Assembly (NCBI RefSeq): GCF_004010195.1
Contig: NC_057750.1
Location: 19,539,366 to 19,603,365 of the forward strand
From: Chiloscyllium plagiosum
Taxonomy: Eukaryota
Length of the DNA: 64,000 nt
Direction of reading: 5' to 3'
Shown here: positions 1 to 11,636 of the stretch, piece after piece
Layout: each line of letters opens with the position of its first letter
Position numbering within the stretch: position 1 is the stretch's first letter
Notes under the pieces: generated by a model
Seen by the model: the letters and a program-made list of their open reading frames with translations, nothing else
Told to the model about the DNA's origin: nothing
The model's database searches: none
Program-made: the position numbers and the translations under genes

Positions 1-375
1 TCTCCCTGTAGAAACAGACCCTTAAGTTAAAATTAGGATATACAGTACCAACCTAATCTGGTCCCATTTACCAGCACTTGGCCCATATTTCTCTAAACCC
101 TTCCTTTTCTTATACCCATCCAATCCCTTTTAAATATTTTAATTGTACCAGCCTCCACCACTTCCTCTGGCAACTCGTACCATACACGCACCACCCTCTG
201 CATGGAAATATTGCCCCTTCGGTCCCTTTTAAATAAGGTCACCCCTCAGCCTCCAACGCTCCAGAGAAAACAGCCACAGTCTATTCAGCCTCTCCCTATA
301 GATCAAATCCTCCAAACAGGCAACATCCTTGTAAATCTTTTCTGAACCCTTACAAATTTCAAAACATCCTTCCAA
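1..375 (-). mobile_element. CR1 LINE 3' fragment (ORF2 C-terminus and 3' UTR)
   Basis: Reverse complement matches the 3' ends of the plus-strand CR1 copies at 12900-13379 and 14640-15105 (QKRFTRMLP region, GAAACAGACCC tail). Confidence 0.85.
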
Positions 376-1520
376 TCAGATTTACACTCAGAAGAATTTG
401 CCCCACTTCAAATTCAAATCTCAGAATGATTTCAGTCTCGCCAGATTCACATGCACCATTTGTCTGTGCTCGACAGGTTGGCACGTGTGGTGATTCTGCT
501 CCAGTCAGATTCACATTCAGCATGATTTCTGACCTTTCAGATTCACACTCACAATTGCCATGGGGCGGCACGGTGGCTAGCACTGCTGCCTCACAGCGCC
601 GGAGACCCGGGTTCAGTTCCCGCCTCAGGCGACTGTGTGGAGTTTGCACATTCTCCCGTGTCTGCGTGGGTTTCCTCCGGGTGCTCCGGTTTCCTCCCAC
701 AGTCCAAAGATGTGCAGGTCAGGTGAATTGGCCATGCTAAATTGCCTGTAGTGTTAGGTTAGGGGTATGGTGGGTTGCGCTTCGGCGGGTCGGTGTGGAC
801 TTGTTGGGCCGAAGGGCCTGTTTCCACACTGTAATCTAATCTAAATCTAAATTCATATTCTCCCTCACTGGTTATAGTCTAATCAGATTCATGCTCACAA
901 TAATTCCAGTCTAGTCGGAGTCACACTCAGAATGATTCTGGTCAGGTAAGATTCACACTCATAATTAATCTGTTTCAATCAGACTTAAAATGAGAATGCT
1001 TCTGGCCTAATCAGATTCATACTCAGAATGAGTTCTATCTAATCAGATTTACCCTTTCTGATCTGATCCTCTAAACTTCACATTAAGAATGCGAACTGCC
1101 AGTCAGACTCACACTGAGAATTATTCTGTTTTTATTACAATCAGATTCACACTCAGAATAAGTCTTGTCTAGTCAAAATCACAAAAAAAGTGATTCCACT
1201 CTAGCAAAATTCACAGTGAGAATCATTCCATGGTCGTCAGATTGACACTCAGAATTAACCCTGTCTAATCAGATTCGGTCTCAGAATGAACCCGCTCTAG
1301 TGAGATTCAGATTGAGAAAGCTAACTGTGTAGTCACATTCACATTCAGAATGCTAACACTACCGTAGGATTTACACTTATGGATTCCACTCTAGCCAGAC
1401 TGACAGACAATGATTCTGGTCAAGTCAGCTTCACGCTCAAAAGATTTGAAGCTACTCAACTTGAGACACAGTGTGATTCACACTCAGACACATGCTGCGC
1501 TTGTCAGATTCACACTCAAA
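376..1520. repeat. Degenerate ~32-bp tandem minisatellite (approx. AATCAGATTCACACTCAGAATGATTCTGGTCT), interrupted by an HE1 SINE
   Basis: CAGATT(C/T)ACACTCAGAAT recurs at ~32-bp spacing, e.g. near 1010, 1041, 1141, 1238, 1267. Confidence 0.8.
561..850 (+). mobile_element. HE1-type tRNA-derived SINE
   Basis: tRNA-like head GGCGGCACGGTGG...GGGTTCAGTTCCC, central TGTGTGGAGTTTGCACATTCTCCC domain, CR1-like 3' end, (TAATC)n tail. Confidence 0.92.
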
Positions 1521-1529
1521 GTGTGGACT

Positions 1530-1793
1530 GGGCTGGTACAGTGGCTCTGTGGTAAGTGGTTAGCACTGCTGCCTCACAACATTGGGGACCCAGGTTTTAT
1601 TCTAGTCTCGGGCAACTTTCTGTGTGGAGTTCTCATATTCATATTCGGCTTCCTCCCACAGGTGGTTTGGCCATGCTAAACTGCCCATAGTGTCCTGGGA
1701 TGTGTAGATTAGATGGATTAGCCATGGGAAATGCAGAGCCACAGAGATAGTGAGAGTCTGGGTGGGATGCCCTTTGGAGAGTCAATGTGGACT
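1530..1793 (+). mobile_element. Older diverged HE1-like SINE
   Basis: GTGGTTAGCACTGCTGCCTCAC and TGGCCATGCTAAA motifs shared with 561-850. Confidence 0.75.
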
Positions 1794-1794
1794 T

Positions 1795-2630
1795 AGAGAG
1801 GCATAGAGATGTACAGCACAGAAACAGACCCTTCGATCCAATTCATTCATGCTGATCAGATATCCTACATTAATCTAGTCCCATTTGTCCCATTGCCTTC
1901 TAAACCTTCCTGTTCATATATACCCACTTAGTGGTGGGTATGTGGTGGAGGCTGTTGTAATTGTAACAGCCTCCACCACATCCTCTGGCAACTCATTCCA
2001 TACACATCCAACTCTCTGTGTGAGACATTTGACCCTTTGCGTCCCTTTCAAATCTTTCCCCTCTCACCTTAAAACTATGTCCTTTAGTTTTGGACTCCCC
2101 CACCCTTGGGAAAAGACTTTCAGTTCATTTATCCAATCCATGCCTCTCATGATTTTGTTAACCTCTATAAGGTCACCTCTCAGCCTCCAACACTCCAGGG
2201 AAAATAGCCCCAACCTATATAGCCTCTTCCTATAGCTCAAATCCTCCAGCCCTGGCAACATCCTTCTACATCCATTCCGAACCCTTTCAAGTTTCACAAC
2301 ATCCTTCCTATAGCAGAGAGACCAGAATTGCACACATTATTCCAAAAGTGACCTAATCAATGTCCTGTACAGCTTCAACATGACCCCCCCCAACTCCTAT
2401 ACTCAATGCACTGACCAATAAAAGAAAGCATACCAAACATCATCTTCATTACCTACATCTCCAGTTTCAAGGAACTATGAACCTACACTCCAAGGTCTCT
2501 TTGTTCAGCAACACTCCCCAAGATCCAACCAAGTGTGTAAATCCTTCCAAAATGCCGCACCTCACACATTTTAATTAAACTCCATCCGCCACTCCTTGGC
2601 CCATCTGATCCAAATCCCAGTGTACTCTGA
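1795..2630 (-). mobile_element. CR1 LINE 3' fragment
   Basis: Minus ORF 2064-2333 reads QFWSLCYRKDVVKLERV...RLRGDLIEV, the CR1 ORF2 C-terminus. Confidence 0.9.
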
Positions 2631-2635
2631 GATAA

Positions 2636-3436
2636 TAACAAGTTTTGAGAAGATTTATAGCTCAGGTTGAGGTATGGATGTAGGTTTGCTCATTGAGCTG
2701 GAAGGTTCGTTTTCAGGTGCTTCGTTACCATACCAGGTAATATATTAAGTGAGCCTCCGAATGAAGCACTGGTGGTGTAGCCCACTTTCTATTATATGTT
2801 TGAGTTTCCTTTGGTTAGTGATGTCATTTTCTGTGGTGACATCATTTCCTATGGTGATGTAATTTCCTGTTCTTTTTCTCAGGGGGTGGTATATGGGATC
2901 CAAGTCAATGTGTCTTGTCCATGTCAATCCAAAGGCCAAAGACACATACACCAAACACCACCAACTTCATCAGCAAGGATAGTATCATCAAACTAGTGGA
3001 CCCATGCCTTACCACCCACTTCACTTTCAATAACAAAATCTACAGACAAACCAACGGAACACCCATGGGGATCTTCAATATCAGGGTTCTTAGCAGAGAC
3101 AGTAATGCAGAGACTCAAACAAACATCTCGGCCAACCATCCAATCCAAACTTTGGGTCCACTATGTGGATGATACCTTGGTCATCACTAAATGAAACAAA
3201 TTAGAGGAAACCTTCAAGACCATCAATAATACCCTTACTGACATAAAATTCACTGAGGAGAAAAACAACAAACTGGCATTCCTAGATGTTGCAGTAGAAC
3301 GAACAGCCAATTGGGAACTTCAAACCAGCATCTACAGGAAATCAACACATACGGACCAAATATTGAACTACAGAAGCAACCATCCGAACATCCACAAACA
3401 AAGCTGCATTAGAACATGATTTCAAACAGCTACCAC
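2636..3436 (+). mobile_element. Penelope-like element fragment: inverted terminal segment (2636-2910) plus RT fragment (2915-3436)
   Basis: Frameshifted translation gives CLTTHFTFNNKIYRQTNGTPMG...YVDDT...FLDVAV...IYRKSTHTDQILNYRSNHP, a PLE RT and thumb. A degenerate reverse hammerhead-like motif lies at ~2710-2755. Confidence 0.85.
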
Positions 3437-4087
3437 AGGTGAGAAGGAAGGTGTGGGCGCAAGTTTTGCAATTCCTGTGGTGGCAGGGGAAGGTGGCGGG
3501 AGGGCAGTGTGGGATGGTGGGTGCGGACCTGACGAGGTAGTTGCAGAGGGAATGGTCTTTACAGAAAGCAGATAGAGGTGGGGAGGAAAATATATCTCTG
3601 GTGTGGGGTCTATTTGTAGGTGGCGGAAATGGTGGAAGATGTTGCGATGTATACGGAGGTTGATGGGGTGGAAGGTGAGGACCGGGGGAGGGGGGGGTTC
3701 TGTCCTTGTTGCGGTGGGGTTCAAGGGCAGAGGTGTGGGACATGGATGAGATGCGCGGGAGGGCATCTCCCACGTGGGAGGGAAAATTTCACTCTTTATA
3801 GGTGGAGGCCATGTGGTGTGTTCTGCGATGGAACTTGTCTTCCAGGGAGCAGATGTAGCAGAGGTGGAGGAGTTAGGAATTGGGAATAAGGAGGCAGGGT
3901 GGGAGGAGGTGTCATCCAGGTAGCTGTGGGAGTCAGTGGGTTTGTAGAAAATGTCAGTGTTGAGTGGGTCACCATTGATGGAAATCGAGAGATCCAGGAA
4001 GGAGAGAGAGAGGTGTCAGAGATGGCCCAGTGAATTTAAGGTCAGGGTGGAATGTTTTGGTGAAGGTGATGAACTGTTCAAACTCTT
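3437..4087 (-). mobile_element. Penelope-like (Neptune-type) fragment: RT C-terminus and Cys-rich linker
   Basis: Minus translations EQFITFTKTFHPDLKFT, VLTFHPINLRIHRNIFHHFRHLQ, FPCHHRNCKTCAH. Confidence 0.85.
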
Positions 4088-4245
4088 CAATGCAAGAGGC
4101 CAAACTGGTAAAGCAGGTGAGCTCAGGGCATGGTTGGGAACACAGGACTGTGATATTATAGCAATTACAGACACATGGCTCAGGGATGGGCGGGGCTGGC
4201 AGCTTAATGCTCCCAGAGTACAAATGCAATAGGAAGGATAGAAAG

Positions 4246-7200
4246 ACGACTTACCAGGGGAAAGCAGTGGGGTACAGGGCTCTGGCACAGAGTCTGTCCC
4301 TGCTGCTCAGAAGGGAAAGGGGAAGAAGAGCACAGCAGTAGTCATTGGGGACTCCATAGTTAGGGGAACAGATAGGAGGTTCTGTGGGGACGAGAGAGAC
4401 TCACGGTTGGTGAGTTGCCTCCCAGGTGCCAGGGTTCATGATGTCTCTGATCGTGTTTTTGGGATCCTTAAGGGGGAAGGGGAGCAGCCCCAAGTTGTGG
4501 TCCACATAGGCACCAATGGCATATGTAGGAAAAGAGATGGGAATTTAAGGCAGAAATTCAGGGAGCTAGGATGGAAACTTAGAGCTAGGACGAACAGAGT
4601 TGTTGCATCTGGTTTGCTGCCCGTGCCACGTGCTAGTGAGGTTGAGGAATAGGGAGAGAGAGGAGTTGAACACGTGGCTATAGGGATGGTGCAGGAGGGA
4701 GGGTTTTGGATTCTTGGATAACTGGGGCTCTTTCTGGGGTAGGTGGGACCTCTACAAGTGGGATGGTCTTCATCTGAACCAGAGGGGTACCAATATCCTG
4801 GGGGGGAAATTTGCTAAGGCTATTGGGGTGGGTTTAAACTAATCCAGCAGTGGGATGGGAATCAAAATTGTAGTTCGAGTATAGAAAAGGTTGAGAGTAG
4901 GGAGGTCCAAAATCAAGTTTCAGGGACGCAAGATGGCACCGGCAAGCAAAAAGTTGGTTTGAAGTGTGTCTACTTCAATACCAGGAGTATCCGGAATAAG
5001 GTGGGTGAACCTGCAGCATGTGTTAGTACCTAGGACTTCGATGTTGTGCCCATTTCGGAGACATGGTTAGAGCAGGGACAGGAATGGATGTTGCAGGTTC
5101 CAGGATTTAGATGTTTCAGTAAGAACAGAGAAGATGGTAAAATAGGGGGAGGTGTGGCATTGTTGGTCAAGGACAGTATTACAGTTGTGGAAAGAATGTT
5201 TGGGGACCTGTCAACTGAGGTAGTATGAGCTGAAGTTAGAAACAGGAAAGGAGAGGGGAGTTGGGAGTTTTCTATAGGCCTCCAAATAGTTCCAGATATG
5301 TAGAGGAAAGGATATCAAAGATGATTCTCCATAGGAGTGAAAGAGACAGGGTAGTTGTCATGGGGGACTTCAACTTTCCAAATATTTAATGGGAACACTA
5401 TGCTACGAGTACTACAGATGGGTCAGTTTTTGTCCAGTGTATGCAGGAGGGCTTCCTGACACAGTATGTAGACAGGCCAATAAGGGGCGAAGCTACATTA
5501 GATTTGATACTGGGTAGGTGTTAGACTTGGAAGCAGGTGAGCACTTTGGTGATAGTGATCACAATTCTTTTATGTTTACTTTAGCGATAGAAAGAGATAG
5601 GTGTATACCACTGGGCAAGAGTTACAGCTGGGGGAAAGGCAATTACGATGCGATTAGGCAAGATTTAGGAAGCATAGGATGGGGAAGGAAACTGCAGGGG
5701 ATAGGCACATTAGAAATGTGGAGCTTATTCAAGGAAAAGTTACTGTGTGTCCTAGATAAGCATGCACCTGTCAAGAAGGGAGGAAGCTGTAGAGCGCGGG
5801 AGCCATGGTTTACGAAGGAAGTGGAATCTCTGGTCAAGAGGAAGAAGGAGGCTTATGTTAAGACGAGATGTGAAAGCTCAGTTAGGGCGCTTGAGGGTTA
5901 CAAGGTAGCCAGGAAAGACCTAAAGAGAGAGCTCAGAAGAGCCAGGAGGAGACATGAGAAGTTGTTGGCGGATAGGATCAGGGTAAACCCTAAGGCTTTC
6001 TATAGGTATTTAAGGAATAAAAGAATGACGAGAGTAAGATTAGGGCCAATCAAGTATAGTAGTGGGAAGTTGTGTGGAGTCACAGGAGATAGGGGAAGCA
6101 CTAAATGAATATTTTTCAACAGTATTCACTCTAGTAAACGACAATGTTGTCGAGGAGATTACTGACATACAGGCTACTAGACGAGGTGTGACTGAGGTTC
6201 ACAAGGAAGAGGTATTGGAAATCCTGCAGAGTGTGAAAATAGATAAGTCCCCTCGGCCAGATTGGAATTTATCCTAGGATCCTCTGGGAAGCCAGGGAGG
6301 AGATTGCGAGCCTTTGGCATGGATCTTTAAATCATCGTTGTCTACAGGAATAGTGCCAGAAGACTGGAGGATAGCAAATGTGGTTCCCCTATTCAAGAAG
6401 GGGAGTAGAGACAATCCTGGTAATTATAGACCCAGTGAGCCTTACCTCAGTTGTTGGTAAAGTGTTGGAAAAAGTTATAAGAGATAGGATTTATCTAGAA
6501 CGGTCAGCATGGTTTTGTGAAGGGTAGGTCATGCCTCACAAACCTTATTGAGTTCTTTGAGAAGGTGACAAAACAGGTAGATGAGAGTAAACTTGTTGAT
6601 GTGGTGTATATGGATTTCAGCAAGGCATAATAAGGTTCCCCACAGTAGGCTATTGTACAAAATGCGGTGGAATGGGCTTGTGGGAGACATAGCAGTTTGG
6701 ATCAGTAATTGGCTTGCTGAAAGAAGACAGAGGGTGGTGGTTGATGGGAAATGTTCATCCTGGAGTCCAGTTACCAGTGGTGTACCGCAAGGGTCAGTGT
6801 TGGGTCCACTGCTGTTCTTCATTTTTATAAATGACCTGGATGAGGGCGTAGAAGGGTGGGTTAGTAAATTTGCAGATGACACTAAGGTCGATGGAGTTGT
6901 GGATAGTGATGAAGGATGTTGTAGGCTACAGAGAGACATAGATAAGCTGCAGAGCTGGGCTGAAAGGTGGCAAATGGAGTTTAATGCGGACAAGTGTGAG
7001 GTGATTCACTTTCGTCGGAGTAACCGGAATGCAAAGTACTGGGCTAATGGTAAGATTCTTGGTACAGTAAATGAGCGGAGAGATTAGATGATTAGATGAC
7101 TTACAGTGTGGAAACAGGCCCTTCGGCCCAACAAGTCCACACCGACCCGCCGAAGCGTAACCCACCCAAACCCATTCTCCTACATTTACCCCTTCACCTA

Positions 7201-8059
7201 ACACTACGGGCAATTTAGCATGGCCAATTCACCTAAACCCCTGCACATTTTTGGATTGTGGGAGGAAACCGGAGCACCCGGAGGAAACCCACGCAGACAC
7301 GGGGAGAATGTGCAAACTCCACACAGAGAGTCGCCTGAGGCGGGAATTGAACCCGGGTCTCTGGCGCTGTGAAGCAGCAGTGCTAACCACTGTGCTACCG
7401 TGCCGCCCATATAAGATCTCGGTGTCCAGGTACACAGACCCTTGAAAGTTGCCGACCAGGTTGACAGGGTTGAGGGATCGAGTTCCGGAACCATGAGGTT
7501 ATGCTACAGCTGCACAAAACTCTAGTGCGGCCGTGCTTTGAGCATTGTGTACAGTTCTGGTCACTGCATTATAAGAAGGATGTGGAAACTTTGGAAAGAG
7601 TGCACAGGAGATTTACTAGGATGTTGCCTGGTATGGAGGGAAGGTCTTACGAGGAAAGGCTGAGGGACTTGAGGCTGTTTTCGTTAGAGAGAAGGTTGAG
7701 AGGTGACTTAATAGAGACATATAAGATAATCAGAGGGTTAGATAGGGTGGACAGGGAGAGCCTTTTTCCAAGAATGGTGATGGCGAGCACGAGGGGGGCA
7801 TAGCTTTAAATTGAGGGGTGATAGATATAGGACAGATGTCAGAGGTAGTTTCTTTACTCAGAGAGTATTAAGGGTATGGAATGCTTTGACTGCAACGGTA
7901 GTAGGATTCGCCAACTTTAAGAACATTTAAGTCGTCATTGGACAAGTATATGGACGTACATGGAATAATGTAGGTTAGATGGGCTTCAGATTGGTATGAC
8001 AGGTCAGCGCAACATCGAAGGCTGAAGGGCCTGTAGTATGCTGTAATGTTCTATGTTCT
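4246..8059 (+). mobile_element. Near full-length decayed CR1 LINE (SGNH-esterase ORF1 plus APE-RT ORF2)
   Basis: ORF1 VIGDSIVRGTDRRFCG, CLPGARV, VVVHIGTN; ORF2 [26 protein letters not shown]; 3' tail TTCTATGTTCTA; many stops and frameshifts. Confidence 0.92.
7083..7408 (-). mobile_element. HE1 SINE inserted in CR1
   Basis: Complete reverse-complement HE1; the CR1 sequence resumes at ~7412 (AGATCTCGGTGTCCAG). Confidence 0.92.
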
Positions 8060-8649
8060 AAAGAGGAGCAAAAGAGGGGTGGGCAGTGGTGTTTATTCTC
8101 TTAGGGAGAATATTCCCGTGAATACATCCTGGGAAGATATTTAGGTGGAACTGAGAAATTGTCTCTCGTACAATCCTAATAGAGGACTGTATTCTCAATC
8201 CCCCCAGTAGTCAGAGGGAAATTGAGAAACAAATTTGTAGGGAGATGCCATTTAACTGTAATAATAATAGGGTGGTTATTATCGGGGATTTTAACTTTCC
8301 AAACATAGACTGGGACTGCCATAGTGTAAAAGGCTTGGACAGAAAGGAATTTGTTAACTGTGTACAAGAAACCTTTCTGATTCAGTTTGAAGATATATCT
8401 ACCAGATAAGGTGCAAACCTTGACCTACTCTTGGGAAATAAGGAAGGGCAGGTGACTGAGGTATTAGTGAGGGAGCATTTGGGGCTAGAGACCATAATTC
8501 TATTTAAAACAGTGATGGAAAAGGATACACCGGAACAAAAAATTAAAGTTCTACATTGGAGGAAGGACAATTTTTATGGTATTAGGCAAGAACTTTTGAA
8601 TGTTGATTTGGGATGGATGTTTGCAGGCAAAGGGACAGCTGGAAAATGG

Positions 8650-9184
8650 TGTTATGGACTAGGCCAGACCCACTCAAAATTATTTAAGAATGTAGCCTTT
8701 TTATTTTAAAAGTAGATGTACAGTGAGTGTTCCAAGTGTGATGCAGCTGGTCAAACCACTTGGCTTTAAGTAAAACACAATTTATTCAAATTCTACAGTT
8801 AAAAAACAAGCAAACAAAAGCAGAATTTAGAATAACTTAACTCATTAACTGTTCTAATATAGTAGAATCCCAGAAACATACCACTGTCAAAAAGGTAAAT
8901 TCAAATTCAGATTCTTACAGGCTGGAGGGAACAACCTCCAGACAGATTTCAGGGAAAGTCAGTTAGGAATCATTTACTGAAGTTGCAATTCATCTGGACT
9001 TCAATATCTTGTGACTGCTACAGCTAAAAAACCTAGAACATCCTGAACTGGGAGAACTGGCCATTCTCCTTCCATTGTTGAACATTTTTTTGACTTGACT
9101 CCTTGGCAGGTCTACCTTTACAACCTCTCTTCAAAAAAGAAACGCAGGACAAAATAACCTTTCTAAAGCGACAGCATTGTCACA
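8650..9184 (-). mobile_element. Solo LTR, family A
   Basis: TG...CA termini (TGTTATGG...TGTCACA); 4-bp TSD ATGG/ATCG (one mismatch); related copies at 30205-30755, 39035-39820, 54030-55420 and 54431-55050. Confidence 0.8.
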
Positions 9185-9629
9185 ATCGGGAAGTCTTCAC
9201 AATTGAGATAACAAGAGTCCAGAGACAGTATGTTCATATTGGGGTGAAGGTCAAGGCTGGAAGGTGAAGATTATGCTGAATGAGTAGAGAAATTCGGGTT
9301 TTGATCAAGGGGAAAAAAAGAATCATGTCAGGTGTAGACAGCAGAGTCTGAGTGAATCCTTAGGACAAACTCCAGTGTCCTATACTTAAAAGGTAAAGAC
9401 AGCAGCTGTGCAAATTCACTGCTGGGTTCACAGCAGTGTAAGTTTTTGAATCACTAACCATGTGGTCTCTGTCCTTGTTTCTCTTCCTCCTTTTTACAGC
9501 ACCATTGTTTTGATTTTTTTTCCTCAAAGTTCCAAAATAATGCAACAGCTCATAAAACAGGAATGACAAATCCTAGACATTGTGGAAATCAGCTCCAATA
9601 TCTCAAAAAAGGAGCATCTCTTACAGCCA

Positions 9630-9720
9630 CAATGATTCCAGTCTAATCAGACTTTGACTCGGAATTTCAGCAGGCTGAAATAATTCCAACTCAGAATGAT
9701 TCTGGTCTAGTCTGATGCTA
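9630..9720. repeat. Distal remnant of the 32-bp minisatellite
   Basis: AATGATTCCAGTCTAATCAGA...ACTCAGAATGATTCTGGTCTAGTC matches the 376-1520 unit. Confidence 0.7.
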
Positions 9721-9799
9721 ACCATCATCAGAGTCAGACCTTCTGTGCCACTGTTCTGCCTTATCAATGAGACACTGCGTCTGAAAGGCAACAAGAGCT

Positions 9800-10004
9800 T
9801 GATTTAGATTAGATTAGATTCCCTATGTGCGGAAACAGGCCTTTCAACCCAACAAGTCCACACCGACCCTCCAAAGAGTAACCCACCCAGACCCATTCCC
9901 CCACATTTACCCCAACTAATGCAGCTAACACTATGGACAGTTTAATGTTTGGCCAATTCACCTGGTCCGCACATCTTTGGACTGTGGGAAGAAATTGGAG
10001 CACC
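9800..10004 (-). mobile_element. HE1 SINE, 3' half (split by the ERV; other half at 22738-22862)
   Basis: Ends at GGAGCACC; the SINE continues as (CACA)CGGAGGAAACCCAC after the ERV 3' LTR. Confidence 0.9.
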
Positions 10005-11071
10005 TATGGAAAATAAAGAACATGAAAGCATGGGAAGGGTTAAAGCATGAAAACAACCGGCAATCTGTGGTCTGTGGAAGGCAGGATGGGTTAAGAATAG
10101 GGGTAGAAGTGACCTGTACAAGAAGGATGGATTGCACCTAAATTGGAAGGGGACTAATATACTGGCAGAGAAATTTGCTAGAACTGCTTGGGAGGATTTA
10201 AACTAGTAAGGTGGGGGGTGGGACGCAGCGAGATAGTGAGGAAAGAGATCGACCTGAGATGGGTACAGCTGAGAAAAGAAGTGAGGCAAACAGTCAGGGC
10301 AGGCAGGACAAGGTCGTACTAATAAATTAAACTGCATTTATTTCAACGCAAGGGGTTTAACAGGGAAGGCAGGTGAACTCAAGGCATAGTTTAGGAACAT
10401 GGGACTGGGATATCATAGCAATTACGGAAACATGGCTCAGGGATGGGCAGGACTGGCAGCTTAATGTTCCAAGATACAAATGCTATAGGAAGGATAGAAA
10501 GGGAGGCGAGAGGGGAGGGGGAGTGCATTTTTGATAAGGGATAGCATTACAGCTGTGCTGAGAGAGGATATTCCAGGAAATACATCCAGGGAAGTTATTG
10601 GATAGAACTGAGAAATAAGAAAGGGATATAATACTGGGATTGTATTATAGACCCCCCAATAGTCAGAGGGAAATTGAGAAACAAACTTGTAAGGAGATCT
10701 CAGCTATCTGTAAGAATAATAGGGTAGTTATGGTAGGGGATTTTAACTTTCCAAACATCAACTGGGACTGCCATAATGTTAAAGGTTTAGATGGAGAGGA
10801 ATTTCTTAAGTGTGTACAAGATAATTTTCTGATTCAGTATGTGGATGTACCCACTAGAGAAGGTGCAAAACTTGACCTACTCTTGGGAAACAAGGCACGG
10901 CAGGAGACTGAGGTGTCAGTGAGGGAGAACTACAACAATGGGCACCCGAGCTACAAATCTTCTCACAAACTATGAGATAGCTTTGGCAAATAGGATTAAG
11001 GAGAATACAAAGGGTTTTTACAAATACATTAAGGACAAAAGGGTAACTAAGGAGAGAATAGGGCCCCTCAA

Positions 11072-11636
11072 GGCCTCCTCTATATTGGGGAGACAGGCCG
11101 CCTACTTGCGGAGCGATTCAGGGAGCACCTCTGGGCCACCCGGACGAACCAACCCAACCAACCTGTGGCACAGCATTTCAACTCCCCCTCCCACTCCACC
11201 GAGGATATGCAGGTCATTGGACTCATCCACCGCCAAACCACAACAACCCGACGGTCGGAGGGGGAGCGTCTTATCTTCCGACTGGGAACCCTCCAACCGC
11301 AGGGGATGAACTTGGACTTCACCAGTTTCTTCATCCCCCCTCCCCCCACCTTGTCTCAGCCGGATCCTTCCAGCCCGGCACCGCCTTCCTGACCTGCAGT
11401 CTTCTTCTTGACCTCTCCGCCTCCACCCTACTCCGACCTATCACCCTCACCTTGACCTCTTTCCACCTATCACATTTCCAACTCCCCTCCTCCAAGTCCC
11501 TCCTCCCTACCTTTTATCTTCTCCTGCTGAACACTCTCTGCTCATTCCTGAAGAAGGGCCTGTGCCCGAAACGTCGAATCTCCTGTTCCCTTGATGCTGC
11601 CTGACCTGCTGTGCTGTTCCAGCAATAAAGTTTCAA
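11072..11636 (+). mobile_element. Penelope-like 3' fragment: GIY-YIG endonuclease C-terminus and 3' region with hammerhead
   Basis: LYIGETGRLLAERFREH...VAQHFN...ERLIFRLGTLQPQGMN; 8-bp TSD CCCCTCAA at 11064-11071 and 11637-11644. Confidence 0.9.
11544..11579 (+). ncRNA. Minimal type I hammerhead ribozyme motif (PLE-associated)
   Basis: ATTC-CTGAAGA-A-GGGC(CTGT)GCCC-GAAACGTC-GAAT: core, stem II, palindromic ACGT stem III, stem I ATTC/GAAT. Confidence 0.8.

Larger units (their letters stand above)
4088..9380 (+). mobile_element. Older CR1 endonuclease-region fragment hosting a younger CR1 (4246-8059) and a solo LTR (8650-9184)
   Basis: FNARG...DIIAITDTWLRDG at 4088-4240 continues after 8060 with GDFNFPNIDW and GANLDLLLGNK. 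Confidence 0.75.

Noticed and set aside
426..740. Recurrent similar short ORFs (e.g. CGVCTFSRVCVGFLR, GGNRSTRRKPTQT)
   Set aside because: Chance translations of HE1 SINE copies.
376..1520. Minisatellite as CRISPR-like array or C2H2 zinc-finger linker repeats (QIHT-like)
   Set aside because: Eukaryotic context, no unique spacers, unit length not a multiple of 3, no Cys/His pattern.
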